In this document: one piece after another, positions 11,554 through 22,053 of the stretch
Numbering within the stretch: position 1 is the first letter of the stretch
Layout of the letters: the number at the start of each line of letters is the position of its first letter
NCBI GenBank assembly: GCA_041629335.1
Contig: JBFKNN010000001.1
Coordinates: forward strand, 30,808-94,807
Source of the DNA: Burkholderiales bacterium
GTDB lineage: Bacteria; Pseudomonadota; Gammaproteobacteria; Burkholderiales; SG8-41
Direction: 5' to 3'
DNA: 64,000 nt
Made by a program: the position numbers and the translations under genes
Notes under the pieces: generated by a model
What the model saw: the letters and a program-made list of their open reading frames with translations, nothing else
Told to the model about the DNA's origin: nothing
Database searches by the model: none

Positions 11554-11577
11554 CCCGCATGCTTGCGGGCCTTTTTT
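11554..11577 (+). terminator. Rho-independent terminator-like hairpin about 150 nt downstream of the rsmA stop
   Basis: CCCGCA tgct TGCGGG followed by CCTTTTTT on the + strand. The T-run abuts the gloA stop codon. Confidence 0.55.
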
Positions 11578-11965
11578 AAGCCGCCTTGCGCTCGACGAAT
11601 TCGATCTTGTATCCGTCGGGGTCTTCGACGAATGCGATCACCGTCGTTCCGTGCTTCATCGGCCCCGCTTCGCGGGTGACCTTGCCGCCCCGCTTCTTCA
11701 CCGCTTCGCACGCCTTATACGCATCGTCGACCTGGATCGCGACGTGCCCGTAGCCGGTGCCGAGATCGTACGACGTGGTATCCCAGTTATGCGTGAGCTC
11801 GAGCACGGCCGATCGCGACTCGTCGTCGTAGCCGACGAATACATTGGTGAACCGGCCGCCGGGGTAATCCTTGCGACGAAGGACCTTCATCCCGAGCACC
11901 TCGGTATAGAAAGCGATCGACCGGTCGAGATCGCCGACGCGGATCATGGTATGCAGAATGCGCAT
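11576..11965 (-). CDS. gloA: Lactoylglutathione lyase (glyoxalase I)
   Basis: [26 protein letters not shown]...HVAIQVDD...[12 protein letters not shown]; full-length 129 aa. Confidence 0.9.
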   Translation of the reverse strand: MRILHTMIRVGDLDRSIAFYTEVLGMKVLRRKDYPGGRFTNVFVGYDDESRSAVLELTHNWDTTSYDLGTGYGHVAIQVDDAYKACEAVKKRGGKVTREAGPMKHGTTVIAFVEDPDGYKIEFVERKAA

Positions 11966-12034
11966 GACGTGGCTCTTTAGAGAACTACAAGACGATCGGT
12001 TTCGCGCCGGGTCAGTATACCCGCGCGGCGCGGC

Positions 12035-12220
12035 TCAGATTTCGACCAGCTCAAAGTCTTCCTTCCGGGCGCCGCATTCCGGGCAAGTCCAGTTCATCGG
12101 CACGTCGTCCCACCGGGTTCCGGGCGCGATGCCTTCGTCGGGGAGCCCTGCGGCCTCGTCATAGATGAAGCCGCAGATCAGGCACATGTAGGTCTTGTAA
12201 ACTTTGGTTTCGGTAGTCAT
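12035..12220 (-). CDS. Rubredoxin
   Basis: ORF 12035..12277 trimmed to ATG 12220 ([22 protein letters not shown]...[14 protein letters not shown]); two CxxCG iron-binding knuckles. Confidence 0.85.
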   Translation of the reverse strand: MTTETKVYKTYMCLICGFIYDEAAGLPDEGIAPGTRWDDVPMNWTCPECGARKEDFELVEI

Positions 12221-12301
12221 CGATGAATCCGCTGAGCTAGAATCGCATTTTAAACGATTGCCCCGCCCGATCACCATCCCGGTGACCCCGCGCCCCTATC
12301 G

Positions 12302-13144
12302 ATGCCCGAGCTGCCCCCGATCGTACTCGTGTTCGCCGCCACCGACCCCAGCGGCGGGGCCGGCCTGCAGGCGGATATCATGACGTTGTCCAGCATGGGA
12401 TGCCACCCCTTGTCGTGCGTGACCGCCATCACCATACAGGACACGACTGGCGTGGAGGAGGTAATGCCGCTCGACCCGGAGTGGGTGGGCGACCAGGCGC
12501 GATGCGTGCTCGAGGACATGCCGGTCGCGGCATTCAAGATCGGACTGATCGGCAGCGTTGAAACCATCGCCGTGATCGCCGAAGTGGTCTCCGATTATCC
12601 GGAGATTCCGCTCGTTCTGGATCCGGTGCTCGCGTCGGGCCGCGGCGACGAGCTGGTGACCGAGGAAATGCTCGCGGCAATGCGGGAGCTCTTGATCCCG
12701 CAGACGACGATCATTACGCCCAACAGCCTCGAAGCGCGGCGCCTGGCGGCAGAAGAAGGCAACGATGAGGATGACCCGGACCTCGCCGAATGCGCCCAGC
12801 GGCTGATCGCCACCGGCTGCGAGTACGTTCTGATCACCGGCACGCACGAAAACACGCCGCAGGTCGTCAACACGCTCTATAACCAGGAAGGCGTGATGCG
12901 CAGCGACCCCTGGCCTCGCCTGGCGGGCACCTATCATGGATCCGGGTGCACGCTCGCCTCCGCGATCGCCGCTACGATTGCGAACGGCCTCTCGATCGGC
13001 GACGCGGTGAAGGACGCGCAGGAGTACACTTGGCAGACATTGCGCGCCGGGTTCCGCCCGGGTATGGGACAGCATATTCCAGACCGCCTGTTCTGGGCGC
13101 GGGAGGAAGAGCCGGGCAGCGAGAGTGGCCGCGGCGAGCAATGA
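12302..13144 (+). CDS. thiD: Hydroxymethylpyrimidine / phosphomethylpyrimidine kinase
   Basis: VLVFAATDPSGGAGLQADIMT signature, 280 aa, followed by thiE. Confidence 0.9.
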   Translation: MPELPPIVLVFAATDPSGGAGLQADIMTLSSMGCHPLSCVTAITIQDTTGVEEVMPLDPEWVGDQARCVLEDMPVAAFKIGLIGSVETIAVIAEVVSDYPEIPLVLDPVLASGRGDELVTEEMLAAMRELLIPQTTIITPNSLEARRLAAEEGNDEDDPDLAECAQRLIATGCEYVLITGTHENTPQVVNTLYNQEGVMRSDPWPRLAGTYHGSGCTLASAIAATIANGLSIGDAVKDAQEYTWQTLRAGFRPGMGQHIPDRLFWAREEEPGSESGRGEQ

Positions 13145-13184
13145 CAGCGCGGCGTGTCCCGGCGCCAGCGCCAGCCTGTTGAGC

Positions 13185-13808
13185 ATGCGCGTTCAGGGGC
13201 TCTACGCCGTCACGCCCGACGAAGCCAAAACGCGGACACTCGCCGACCAGGTCCGCGCGGTGATCGCGGGCGGAGCCCGGTTCGTCCAGTATCGCAACAA
13301 GGTCTCGCCGCCCGCACTGCGGCTGGAGCAGGCGACTGTCTTGCTGGCGGTCTGCCGCGGCGAGGGCGCTGCCTTGATCATCAATGACCACCTCGATCTC
13401 GCGCTCGAAATCGGCGCCGACGGGGTCCATCTGGGCAGGGAAGACGGGGCCGTTGCGCGCGCACGCGCGACATTGGGATCAGGCAGGATTCTCGGGGTTT
13501 CCTGCTACAACTCGGTCGGATATGCGCTCGACGCGCAGCGCCAGGGCGCAGACTATGCCGCGTTCGGCAGCTTTTTTGCATCCAGTGTCAAACCGGGTGC
13601 CGTGCGCGCGCCAGCAGACCTCTTGACACAAGCCAAGCAACGATTGTCAATCCCGGTTGTCGCAATCGGGGGCATTACGCTCGATAATGCGGCCGAACTG
13701 GTCGCCGCTGGCGCCGACGCCTTAGCCGTCATATCGGCGCTGTTCGGCGCGCCCGACATCAGGAGTGCCGCTGAACATTTTTGCAATCTCTTCAGACTCG
13801 CGCCATGA
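13185..13808 (+). CDS. thiE: Thiamine-phosphate synthase
   Basis: ORF 13125..13808. ATG 13185 chosen ([13 protein letters not shown]...). Motifs [12 protein letters not shown] and [12 protein letters not shown]. Confidence 0.85.
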   Translation: MRVQGLYAVTPDEAKTRTLADQVRAVIAGGARFVQYRNKVSPPALRLEQATVLLAVCRGEGAALIINDHLDLALEIGADGVHLGREDGAVARARATLGSGRILGVSCYNSVGYALDAQRQGADYAAFGSFFASSVKPGAVRAPADLLTQAKQRLSIPVVAIGGITLDNAAELVAAGADALAVISALFGAPDIRSAAEHFCNLFRLAP

Positions 13809-15088
13809 AACGCAGCCAGAAACTGTTTAACCACGCCCAACTGCTGATCCCGGGCGGAGTCAACTCTCCGGTTCGGGCCTTCAAGTCGGTCGGCGGGATT
13901 CCGCTGTTCTTCCAACGCGGCAAGGGAGCCTACGTCTGGGACGCTGACGGCAACGCCTATATCGATTACGTCGGATCGTGGGGACCCCTCATCGCGGGCC
14001 ACGCCCACCCGGACGTGGTCAAGGCGGTCGAGAACGCAGCTCAGCGGGGCCTGAGTTTTGGCGCCCCAACCGAGATCGAGATCGAGATGGCCGAGCTCTT
14101 GTGCCGCATGATGCCGGCGCTGGAACAGGTGCGGCTGGTCAGCTCTGGCACCGAGGCCACCATGAGCGCGATCCGCGTCGCGCGCGGGTTTACCGGGCGG
14201 AGCAAGATCGTCAAGTTTGAGGGCTGTTACCACGGCCATGCGGACGCCCTCCTGGTCAAAGCAGGTTCCGGCGCCCTCACGCTCGGCCAGCCCAGTTCGG
14301 CCGGCGTGCCTGCCGAGACCACTGCGCACACCATCGTGCTCGATTACAACAATGAACTCGCCGTGGAGCGTTGTTTCGAGCAGCAAGGCAGCGAGATCGC
14401 AGCGGTCATCGTGGAGCCCGTCGCCGGCAACATGAATCTGGTGGTACCGCGACCGGGATTTCTGGAATTGCTGCGCAAGCTCTGCAGCAAGCATAATAAC
14501 TTATTGATTTTCGATGAGGTCATGACGGGATTCCGTGTTGCGCTCGGCGGCGCCCAGGCCCTCTACGGCATCCGCCCCGATCTCGCCACGCTCGGCAAGG
14601 TGATTGGCGGCGGCATGCCTGTGGGCGCGTTCGGCGGGCGCCGGGAGGTCATGCAGCAGATCGCGCCGCTCGGGCCGGTGTACCAAGCCGGAACGCTTTC
14701 AGGCAATCCGGTTGCGCTTGCGGCGGGGCTGGCGACGCTAAAGCTGGTGCAGGCGCCCGGGTTTCACGAAAAGCTCGCCGCGACCGCTCATCATTTGTGC
14801 ACGGGCCTGACGGCCGCCGCCCGTGAGCATGGGATCGGTTTCAGCGCACAGCATGTGGGCGGCATGTTCGGCGTGTACTTTCGCGATACGCCGCCGGCAA
14901 CTTACGGCGAAGTGATGGCGTGCGACAAGGAGATGTTCAACCGCTTCTTTCACGCCATGCTCGCGGAGGGTGTCTATCTGGCGCCCTCTGCGTACGAAGC
15001 CGGGTTCGTATCGAGCGCACACGGCCCCGCTGAGATCGAGAAGACGATCAGGGCTGCTCGAAGCGTCTTCTCCAGCCTGAAAGCCTGA
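13805..15088 (+). CDS. hemL: Glutamate-1-semialdehyde 2,1-aminomutase
   Basis: ORF 13781..15088 trimmed to ATG 13805 ([26 protein letters not shown]...); ATGA overlap with the thiE stop. Confidence 0.95.
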   Translation: MKRSQKLFNHAQLLIPGGVNSPVRAFKSVGGIPLFFQRGKGAYVWDADGNAYIDYVGSWGPLIAGHAHPDVVKAVENAAQRGLSFGAPTEIEIEMAELLCRMMPALEQVRLVSSGTEATMSAIRVARGFTGRSKIVKFEGCYHGHADALLVKAGSGALTLGQPSSAGVPAETTAHTIVLDYNNELAVERCFEQQGSEIAAVIVEPVAGNMNLVVPRPGFLELLRKLCSKHNNLLIFDEVMTGFRVALGGAQALYGIRPDLATLGKVIGGGMPVGAFGGRREVMQQIAPLGPVYQAGTLSGNPVALAAGLATLKLVQAPGFHEKLAATAHHLCTGLTAAAREHGIGFSAQHVGGMFGVYFRDTPPATYGEVMACDKEMFNRFFHAMLAEGVYLAPSAYEAGFVSSAHGPAEIEKTIRAARSVFSSLKA

Positions 15089-15184
15089 GCGTACAAGCTA
15101 AGCGAGGGCGCAGAGCGCGGCCACGAAAAAGGGGGGGGCCGCAGCCACCCTTATTCCCACGCCGCCGACCTCTTAACGCCTGAC

Positions 15185-15820
15185 TCAGCGCAATCCCGCG
15201 ACGTATTCGGCCACTGCCTTGATTTCCCGGTCGTCGAGCTTGGCGGCAATGTTGCGCATCATCTTGTTCGGATCATTGACACGCTCTCCGGCACGGAACG
15301 CGCGGAGTTGCGATTCGACGTACTCCGCGTGCTGGCCGGCGAGCCGCGGAAACTGCGCCGGAATGCCCGCGCCGTTGGGGGAATGGCATCCGGCGCAGGC
15401 CGCCACGCTCTTCGACATAATGCCGCCGCGGAAGATCGCTTGGCCCAGCTTCACGAGATCGGGATTGCGCGCTGAGCGCGCCTTTGGCGTCTGCAGCGCG
15501 AAGTAAGCGGCGAGATTGCGCATGTCCTCTTCCGATAGATTCGCAACCATGCCCGCCATAACCGGGTTGCTGCGCTCCGCCGGCTTGCCGCCCTGAGACT
15601 TGAAATTCATCAACTGCTTGTAAGTGTATTCCGCATGCTGACCGGCCAAGCTGGGATTGACCGCCTGCACGCTGTTGCCGTCGCTGCCATGGCATGCGCC
15701 GCACACTTGGGACGCGGTTTGCTGGGCCTTTGCCGGGTCGCCCTTGACGACGCCTTGCGCATGGGTGAAGGATGAAATCAGCGCGCCGACAATCGCCGCC
15801 ACGGCCGAGCGATAGTTCAT
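15185..15820 (-). CDS. Dihaem cytochrome c4
   Basis: ORF 15185..15907 trimmed to ATG 15820 with GGAG upstream. Signal peptide MNYRSAVAAIVGALISSFTHAQG; two CxxCH motifs (CGACHG, CAGCHS). Divergent from engB as in Pseudomonas. Confidence 0.85.
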   Translation of the reverse strand: MNYRSAVAAIVGALISSFTHAQGVVKGDPAKAQQTASQVCGACHGSDGNSVQAVNPSLAGQHAEYTYKQLMNFKSQGGKPAERSNPVMAGMVANLSEEDMRNLAAYFALQTPKARSARNPDLVKLGQAIFRGGIMSKSVAACAGCHSPNGAGIPAQFPRLAGQHAEYVESQLRAFRAGERVNDPNKMMRNIAAKLDDREIKAVAEYVAGLR

Positions 15821-15909
15821 GCTTGCTCCTTGCTCGCTACGCTCAATAGAAAAGGCCGTATTGTATAGTAAGCGCCTTTTCATGCGCCAGTTTGCCAGCG
15901 AAAACAAGC

Positions 15910-16494
15910 ATGTTCGAACGAGCGACGTTCTACACCGCCGTCCATCGTGTTGAGGATCTTCCGCCCGATAGCGGCGCGGAGATTGCCTTTGCCGGACGAT
16001 CCAATGCGGGCAAATCCAGCGTGATCAACGCACTCGTGAACCGCAGGCGCCTCGCATTCTTCAGCAAGACGCCGGGGCGCACCCAAGCCATCAATTTCTT
16101 CGTCTTGGAGCCGGACCGCTTTCTCGTCGACCTGCCGGGCTATGGCTACGCGGCGGTCTCTAAGCGCGAGCGGCGCGGCTGGGGCTTGTTAATAAGCGCT
16201 TACCTCCAAAAGCGTAAGTCTCTGTGCGGATTGATCTTAATTATGGACATTCGACATCCGCTGACCGACCTGGATCGACAGTTACTCGCGTGGATTGCCG
16301 CCCTTGGGAAGCCCGCTCACGCGCTGCTTACCAAAGCCGATAAACTGACCCGGTCGCAAAGTGCAGCTACGCTTCGGCGCGTGGAGACCGCGCTCGCGCA
16401 CGAATTCCCCGGTTGCACGGTGCAGTTGTTCTCGAGCACGCAAAAAACCGGCGTGGAGCAGTTGCGGTCGGTTGCCGCTGCCTGGCTGCAATAA
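15910..16494 (+). CDS. engB: Ribosome-biogenesis GTPase EngB/YihA
   Basis: ORF 15892..16494. ATG 15910 chosen ([11 protein letters not shown]...). G1 motif [14 protein letters not shown]. Confidence 0.9.
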   Translation: MFERATFYTAVHRVEDLPPDSGAEIAFAGRSNAGKSSVINALVNRRRLAFFSKTPGRTQAINFFVLEPDRFLVDLPGYGYAAVSKRERRGWGLLISAYLQKRKSLCGLILIMDIRHPLTDLDRQLLAWIAALGKPAHALLTKADKLTRSQSAATLRRVETALAHEFPGCTVQLFSSTQKTGVEQLRSVAAAWLQ

Positions 16495-16528
16495 AAAACC
16501 CCCGGTTAAAGGGGAGTAAAACCGGGGG
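16493..16528 (-). terminator. Rho-independent terminator oriented on the minus strand (no annotated minus-strand gene feeds it)
   Basis: 8-bp stem CCCCCGGT (16499-16506) / ACCGGGGG (16521-16528) with a 14-nt loop. The A6 run on + (16493-16498) gives a U6 tail only for a minus-strand transcript. On + the hairpin is followed by CGAAAAG (no U tract). Confidence 0.55.
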
Positions 16529-16530
16529 CG

Positions 16531-16554
16531 AAAAGCCTTAATTGGGATTAAGGC
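16531..16554 (-). terminator. Second terminator-like hairpin, minus-strand orientation
   Basis: GCCTTAAT tggg ATTAAGGC (16535-16554), preceded on + by AAAA. This reads hairpin+UUUU on the minus strand. Confidence 0.4.
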
Positions 16555-16628
16555 GCCCGCTCAGGGAGGAGAAGCGGGAGACGATAAAAACATCGTCTAC
16601 GAATTCAGACGGCTATAATCGCGATTAG

Positions 16629-17696
<1,068 letters not shown>

Positions 17697-17778
17697 CCGC
17701 CCGCCGAAGAAAACTCGAAGATCTGATCTGCTCGACAACCGCGCTGCGCGCGGCTGATGCCCCACATCCCGGACACGG

Positions 17779-18381
17779 TTAGGTTTCTGACAGAAGGTTT
17801 TCGACCGTTTCGAGCTTGGCGCGCTCGATCGGTTTGCCTTCGGGGCTCGTCCTGAGCGGCCCGCGCTGATCGCGTAAGGACAGCACGGTGAGTTCGATCT
17901 CCGTGCCGTCATCATCTACCGTAAAGACCGGGACGATGCACGGCGCGTCACTCGCGTACAGCCTGCTCTGGCTGGCCCTGTAGGGAATCCTGCGGTCGAT
18001 CAGGTAGTGCTCGACCACCTTGGCACTCTCGGTGAACAGCTGCAGGTTGATGTCCGCGTATTTTCCAGCGTTGCCATTCAGCACCGATCCGGTAAGGTGC
18101 GGGTTGAAGTGCGCGAGTTCCCGCATCGCCCTCACCGCTTTTTCGCGCAGCTCTTGCAGGCGGGTGCGATGCTCGTCCTCGTGATAAAGCTGCTGGTAGG
18201 CGCGCAACGCGGCGTCCACCTCCTCGTTGGTCGGCAGCTGCCGTGAGTCCGGGGCGCCCGCCTGCCGGGCCGCCTTGCGTTTGGCGAGCGCGTAGTCTTC
18301 GATGCCGTCTTCAGCCATCAGCCGCGCGGCAAAATGGGCGATGCGGCTGCGCGTGTCGTTGCGGGCGTGATCCCTGGCCAT
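17779..18381 (-). CDS. Conserved-looking protein of unknown function with a Pol-beta-type nucleotidyltransferase-like motif (GS-x9-A-DIN)
   Basis: 200-aa ORF. ATG 18381 lies 10 nt after the mrcA stop with AGGA in the spacer (operon-like). LTGSVLNGNAGKYADINLQLF aligns with the hGSxxxGxxxxxSDhDh motif of minimal nucleotidyltransferases. Confidence 0.6.
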   Translation of the reverse strand: MARDHARNDTRSRIAHFAARLMAEDGIEDYALAKRKAARQAGAPDSRQLPTNEEVDAALRAYQQLYHEDEHRTRLQELREKAVRAMRELAHFNPHLTGSVLNGNAGKYADINLQLFTESAKVVEHYLIDRRIPYRASQSRLYASDAPCIVPVFTVDDDGTEIELTVLSLRDQRGPLRTSPEGKPIERAKLETVENLLSET

Positions 18382-18391
18382 GCCGGTCCTG

Positions 18392-20713
18392 TCAGAACAG
18401 CTGGTTTCTCACGTCTTCTGGCGGACGATCGCCGACCACCGGTGCGCTGGCAGCCGCGGTCATCGGCGGCGCGAATTCCTGGTAGAAATAGTCCACGGTT
18501 CCGGGACTGCCGTCTGCGATCCGAAGGCCGGTTTCCGGATCGACGCGAATCGCCATCACACCCTCCGGCGACATCAAGGGCTCTTCCGGCATGCCTCTCA
18601 GCACCGTGCCGGCGTATCCCATCCAGATCGGCAGCGCGGCGCCGGCGCCGGTCTCGCCCCGGCCCAATGTGCGCGGCGTGTCGTGGCCTATCCATGCCAC
18701 GGCCACCAGATTCGCGTTGTAGCCGCAGAACCAGGCATCGATGAAGTCGTTGGTGGTGCCGGTCTTGCCGGCAAGATCGTCGCGTCCGAGTTTCTGGGCC
18801 CGCGCCGCCGTCCCCATGCGCACGACATCGCGCATGATGCTGGTCATGATGAACGCATTGCGGGCGTCAATGACGCGCTCCGCACTTTCGCCGGCGCGCG
18901 GTGGCAGCGCCTCCATTACGACGCTGCCGCGCTCGTCGACGATCCGCTTGATGAAGTATGGCTGAACGCGGTACCCGCCGTTCGCGAAAACGGCGTAGGC
19001 GGCGACCATTTGCAGCGGCGTTACATTGCCCGCGCCAAGAGCCATGGTCAGGTAGGGCGGGTGCAGCTTCGCGTCGAACCCGAAGCGGGTGATGTAATCC
19101 TGCGCGTACTGCGGACTGATCGCCTGCAGGATGCGCACGGATACCAGATTCTTCGACTTCACGAGCGCCATGCGCAGTCGCATCGGGCCGTCAAACTTGT
19201 CGTCGTAATTCTTCGGCTCCCATGGCTCCGATCCGGTCTGGGCCGCCGTGAAAGTCAGTGGCGCGTCATTGATGACAGTGGCGGCAGTGAACCCTTTCTC
19301 CAGCGCAGCGGAGTAAATGAATGGCTTGAAGCTCGATCCTGGCTGGCGCAGGGCCTGGGTCACGTGGTTATACTGGTTGCGGGCGAAATCGAATCCACCA
19401 ACCAGCGCGCGTATCCCGCCGTCACGCGGATCGATGGAAACCAGCGCGGACTCCACGGCGGGCAGCTGGGTGATTTGCCACCGCTCCTGTTCGTTTTTTT
19501 GCACGCGGATGATTGCGCCCGGGCGCAGACGCTGGTTGGGATTGACCCTGTCACCCAGCATGCGAGCCGCAAATTTGAGACCTTCCCCGCTGATTTCCAG
19601 CAGCTCTCCGCCCTTGCGATACACCTTTACGAGGCGCGGGCTCGCCTGCATCACTATCGCGGCGTGAATGTTGTCGCTGTCGGTGGTGTCCTGCAGTGCA
19701 TCTTCCAGCGCCTCGTCGCTCGCATTCGGCGGCAATTCGACGAAACCCTCCGGACCCCGGTAGCCGTGACGGCGGTCGTACTCCTGCACGCCCTGCCGGA
19801 GTGCCGTGTAAGCCGCGGCTTGATGCTGCGTCGACAGCGTCGTGTACACATGCAGGCCGCGACGGTACGCGTCGTCCTGGAAGCGCTCGTACATCGCCGC
19901 CCGCACCATTTCCGCGAAGAACTCGGCCCGCACGGCGAATTCGTTTATGTCCCTCTTGACTGCTATCGACTGCTTGTCCGCCTGCAGGAACTGTTCATGG
20001 TTGATCATGCCCAGATCGCGCATCCGCCGCAGGACATATTGCTGTCGCAGCTTGGCGCGTTTGGGATTGACGATGGGATTGAACCGCGACGGCGCCTTCG
20101 GCAAGCCGGCCAGCATCGCGACCTCTGCGAGCGTCAGACGTTCGAGCGGCTTGCCGAAATAGATTTGCGCCGCGGCCGCGAATCCGTACGCACGCTGGCC
20201 GAGATAGATCTGGTTCAGGTACAGCTGCAGGATCTGATCCTTGCTCAGGTTACGTTCGATCTTGAATGCAAGCAGCACCTCGTTGAACTTGCGCGTGAGC
20301 GTCTTTTCTTTAGAGAGGAAGAAGTTGCGCGCGACTTGCATGGTGATTGTGCTCGCGCCTTGCCGCACGCCGCCCGAGATGAAGTTCGACAGCGCGGCTC
20401 GCGCAACGCCGACGTAGTCCACCCCGCTGTGGTGATAGAAGCGCTCATCCTCCGCGGCAACGATTGCCTCGATCATCTGCTTCGGCACGTTTTCAATCGC
20501 GACCACCGCCCGGCGTTCCTCTCCGAACTCTCCGATCAGGTGGCCCTCCGCCGTATAGACGCGCAACGGAATTTTCGGCTTGTAATCGGTCAGTACCTCG
20601 AGCGAAGGCAATCCGGGATAGAGGATAACTGCGGCGAACGCGATCAGAATCGCGCCAGCTGCTGCAGCCGAAACCACAAGTAATAGTGGGAATGCCCACC
20701 AGCGAGTAGACAT
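18392..20713 (-). CDS. mrcA: Penicillin-binding protein 1A (bifunctional glycosyltransferase/transpeptidase)
   Basis: 773 aa. N-terminal TM helix, GT51 motif EDERFYHHSGVD, TPase motifs SSFKP, SKN, KTGTTND. Divergent from pilM as in Pseudomonas ponA. Confidence 0.95.
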   Translation of the reverse strand: MSTRWWAFPLLLVVSAAAAGAILIAFAAVILYPGLPSLEVLTDYKPKIPLRVYTAEGHLIGEFGEERRAVVAIENVPKQMIEAIVAAEDERFYHHSGVDYVGVARAALSNFISGGVRQGASTITMQVARNFFLSKEKTLTRKFNEVLLAFKIERNLSKDQILQLYLNQIYLGQRAYGFAAAAQIYFGKPLERLTLAEVAMLAGLPKAPSRFNPIVNPKRAKLRQQYVLRRMRDLGMINHEQFLQADKQSIAVKRDINEFAVRAEFFAEMVRAAMYERFQDDAYRRGLHVYTTLSTQHQAAAYTALRQGVQEYDRRHGYRGPEGFVELPPNASDEALEDALQDTTDSDNIHAAIVMQASPRLVKVYRKGGELLEISGEGLKFAARMLGDRVNPNQRLRPGAIIRVQKNEQERWQITQLPAVESALVSIDPRDGGIRALVGGFDFARNQYNHVTQALRQPGSSFKPFIYSAALEKGFTAATVINDAPLTFTAAQTGSEPWEPKNYDDKFDGPMRLRMALVKSKNLVSVRILQAISPQYAQDYITRFGFDAKLHPPYLTMALGAGNVTPLQMVAAYAVFANGGYRVQPYFIKRIVDERGSVVMEALPPRAGESAERVIDARNAFIMTSIMRDVVRMGTAARAQKLGRDDLAGKTGTTNDFIDAWFCGYNANLVAVAWIGHDTPRTLGRGETGAGAALPIWMGYAGTVLRGMPEEPLMSPEGVMAIRVDPETGLRIADGSPGTVDYFYQEFAPPMTAAASAPVVGDRPPEDVRNQLF

Positions 20714-20943
20714 GTAGTGGTGTACGCCGATCCTAAAAACTTAAATGCAGTCGAAAGTTAGATTACGATCTTCAGTGTGAACCGCTGCACAGCACGCCAA
20801 GACCATGCCGTGTAAGCTATATTTAATAGGCGAGAATTATAGGGTCTTACGTTATCTGTTGAAATGAAAACAAAACGCTTTACATGCTGAATAGTTGTTG
20901 CTAGCATTTAAAGTAAACTGTGGGCATCCTCCCCTACAAACCT

Positions 20944-22053
20944 ATGCTTAAAGGAAAATTTAACATCGACATCTCGGTAATCGAGGGCTTGTTCACGCCC
21001 AAGACGCCGCCGTTGATCGGCACCGATATCAGTTCGTCTGCGATAAAGATGGTCGAGATCGCGGAGGCAGGCAAGGGCATGTACCGCGTCGAGCGCTACG
21101 CGATCGAGCCACTGCCCAAGGATTCCGTCGTCGACGGCAACATCAACAACCTCGACGCCGTGAGCGACGCGCTCAAACGCTGCCACAAGCGCCTCGGCAG
21201 CAGCGTCAAGAACTTGGCGATGGCCCTGCCCAACGCGGCGGTCATCAGCAAGAAAATCATGGTTCCGGCCGGACAGACTGAAGATGACCTCGAGATGCAA
21301 GTCGAGACCGAGGCCAATCAGTATATTCCGTTTGCGCTCGACGAGGTAAATCTGGATTTTCAGGTGCTGGGCCCGGCGCCGAGCAATCCGGAAGACGTCG
21401 AAGTCCTCATCGCCGCCTCGCGCAAGGAAAAGATCGAAGACCGCGTTGCGGCAGCGGAGGTGGCCGGCCTGAAGGCGACCGTCATGGATGTCGATATCTT
21501 TGCCAGCCAGACGGCGTTCGAGTTGATCGCAAGCCAGTTTCCGGACAGTGGCACGGACCAGAACATCGCGATCGTCGATGTCGGCGCCACGATCATGAAT
21601 GTCAACATACTGCGCAACGGGCAGTCGATCTACATGCGCGAGCAGCCGTTTGGCGGCGCCCAGCTCACGCAGGAGATCCAGAACCGTTTCGGCTTGTCGC
21701 CGGAAGAGGCGGAAGCCGCCAAACGCGCCGGGGGACTGCCGGAAAACTACGAGGCTGAAGTGCTCCAGCCGTTCATGGACACCCTTGGGCTGGAAATCGC
21801 CCGGGCGCTCCAATTTTTCTTCACCTCGACCCAGTACAACCAGATCAATCACATCGTGCTCTCCGGCGGCTGCGCCGGGATTCCGGGGATCGACGAAGTC
21901 GTCGCCAAGCGCACCCAGGTGGAAACCGTGGTTGCGAATCCGTTTGCCAACATGGCGCTGTCCTCGAAGATCCGGCCCAAGAACCTCTCCCAAGACGCGC
22001 CGTCGTTGATGGTAGCGTGCGGCTTGGCAATGCGGAGGTTTGATCCATCATGA
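20944..22053 (+). CDS. pilM: Type IV pilus assembly protein PilM
   Basis: ORF 20920..22053 trimmed to ATG 20944. LIGTDISSSAIKMVEI actin-like N-terminus; first gene of the pilMNOPQ order. Confidence 0.85.
   Translation: MLKGKFNIDISVIEGLFTPKTPPLIGTDISSSAIKMVEIAEAGKGMYRVERYAIEPLPKDSVVDGNINNLDAVSDALKRCHKRLGSSVKNLAMALPNAAVISKKIMVPAGQTEDDLEMQVETEANQYIPFALDEVNLDFQVLGPAPSNPEDVEVLIAASRKEKIEDRVAAAEVAGLKATVMDVDIFASQTAFELIASQFPDSGTDQNIAIVDVGATIMNVNILRNGQSIYMREQPFGGAQLTQEIQNRFGLSPEEAEAAKRAGGLPENYEAEVLQPFMDTLGLEIARALQFFFTSTQYNQINHIVLSGGCAGIPGIDEVVAKRTQVETVVANPFANMALSSKIRPKNLSQDAPSLMVACGLAMRRFDPS

Noticed and set aside
12221-12301. TPP (THI-box) riboswitch upstream of thiD.
   Set aside because: The spacer is only 81 bp and is shared with the divergent rubredoxin gene. 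It lacks the conserved CUGAGA ... ACCUGAUCUGGAUAAUGCCAGCG-type elements.
16604-16613. TTCAGACGGC, the exact reverse complement of the Neisseria DNA uptake sequence GCCGTCTGAA, in a genome with type IV pilus genes.
   Set aside because: I found a single copy in 64 kb; only 8-mer fragments occur elsewhere. Genuine uptake sequences occur roughly once per kb. This is most likely coincidence.
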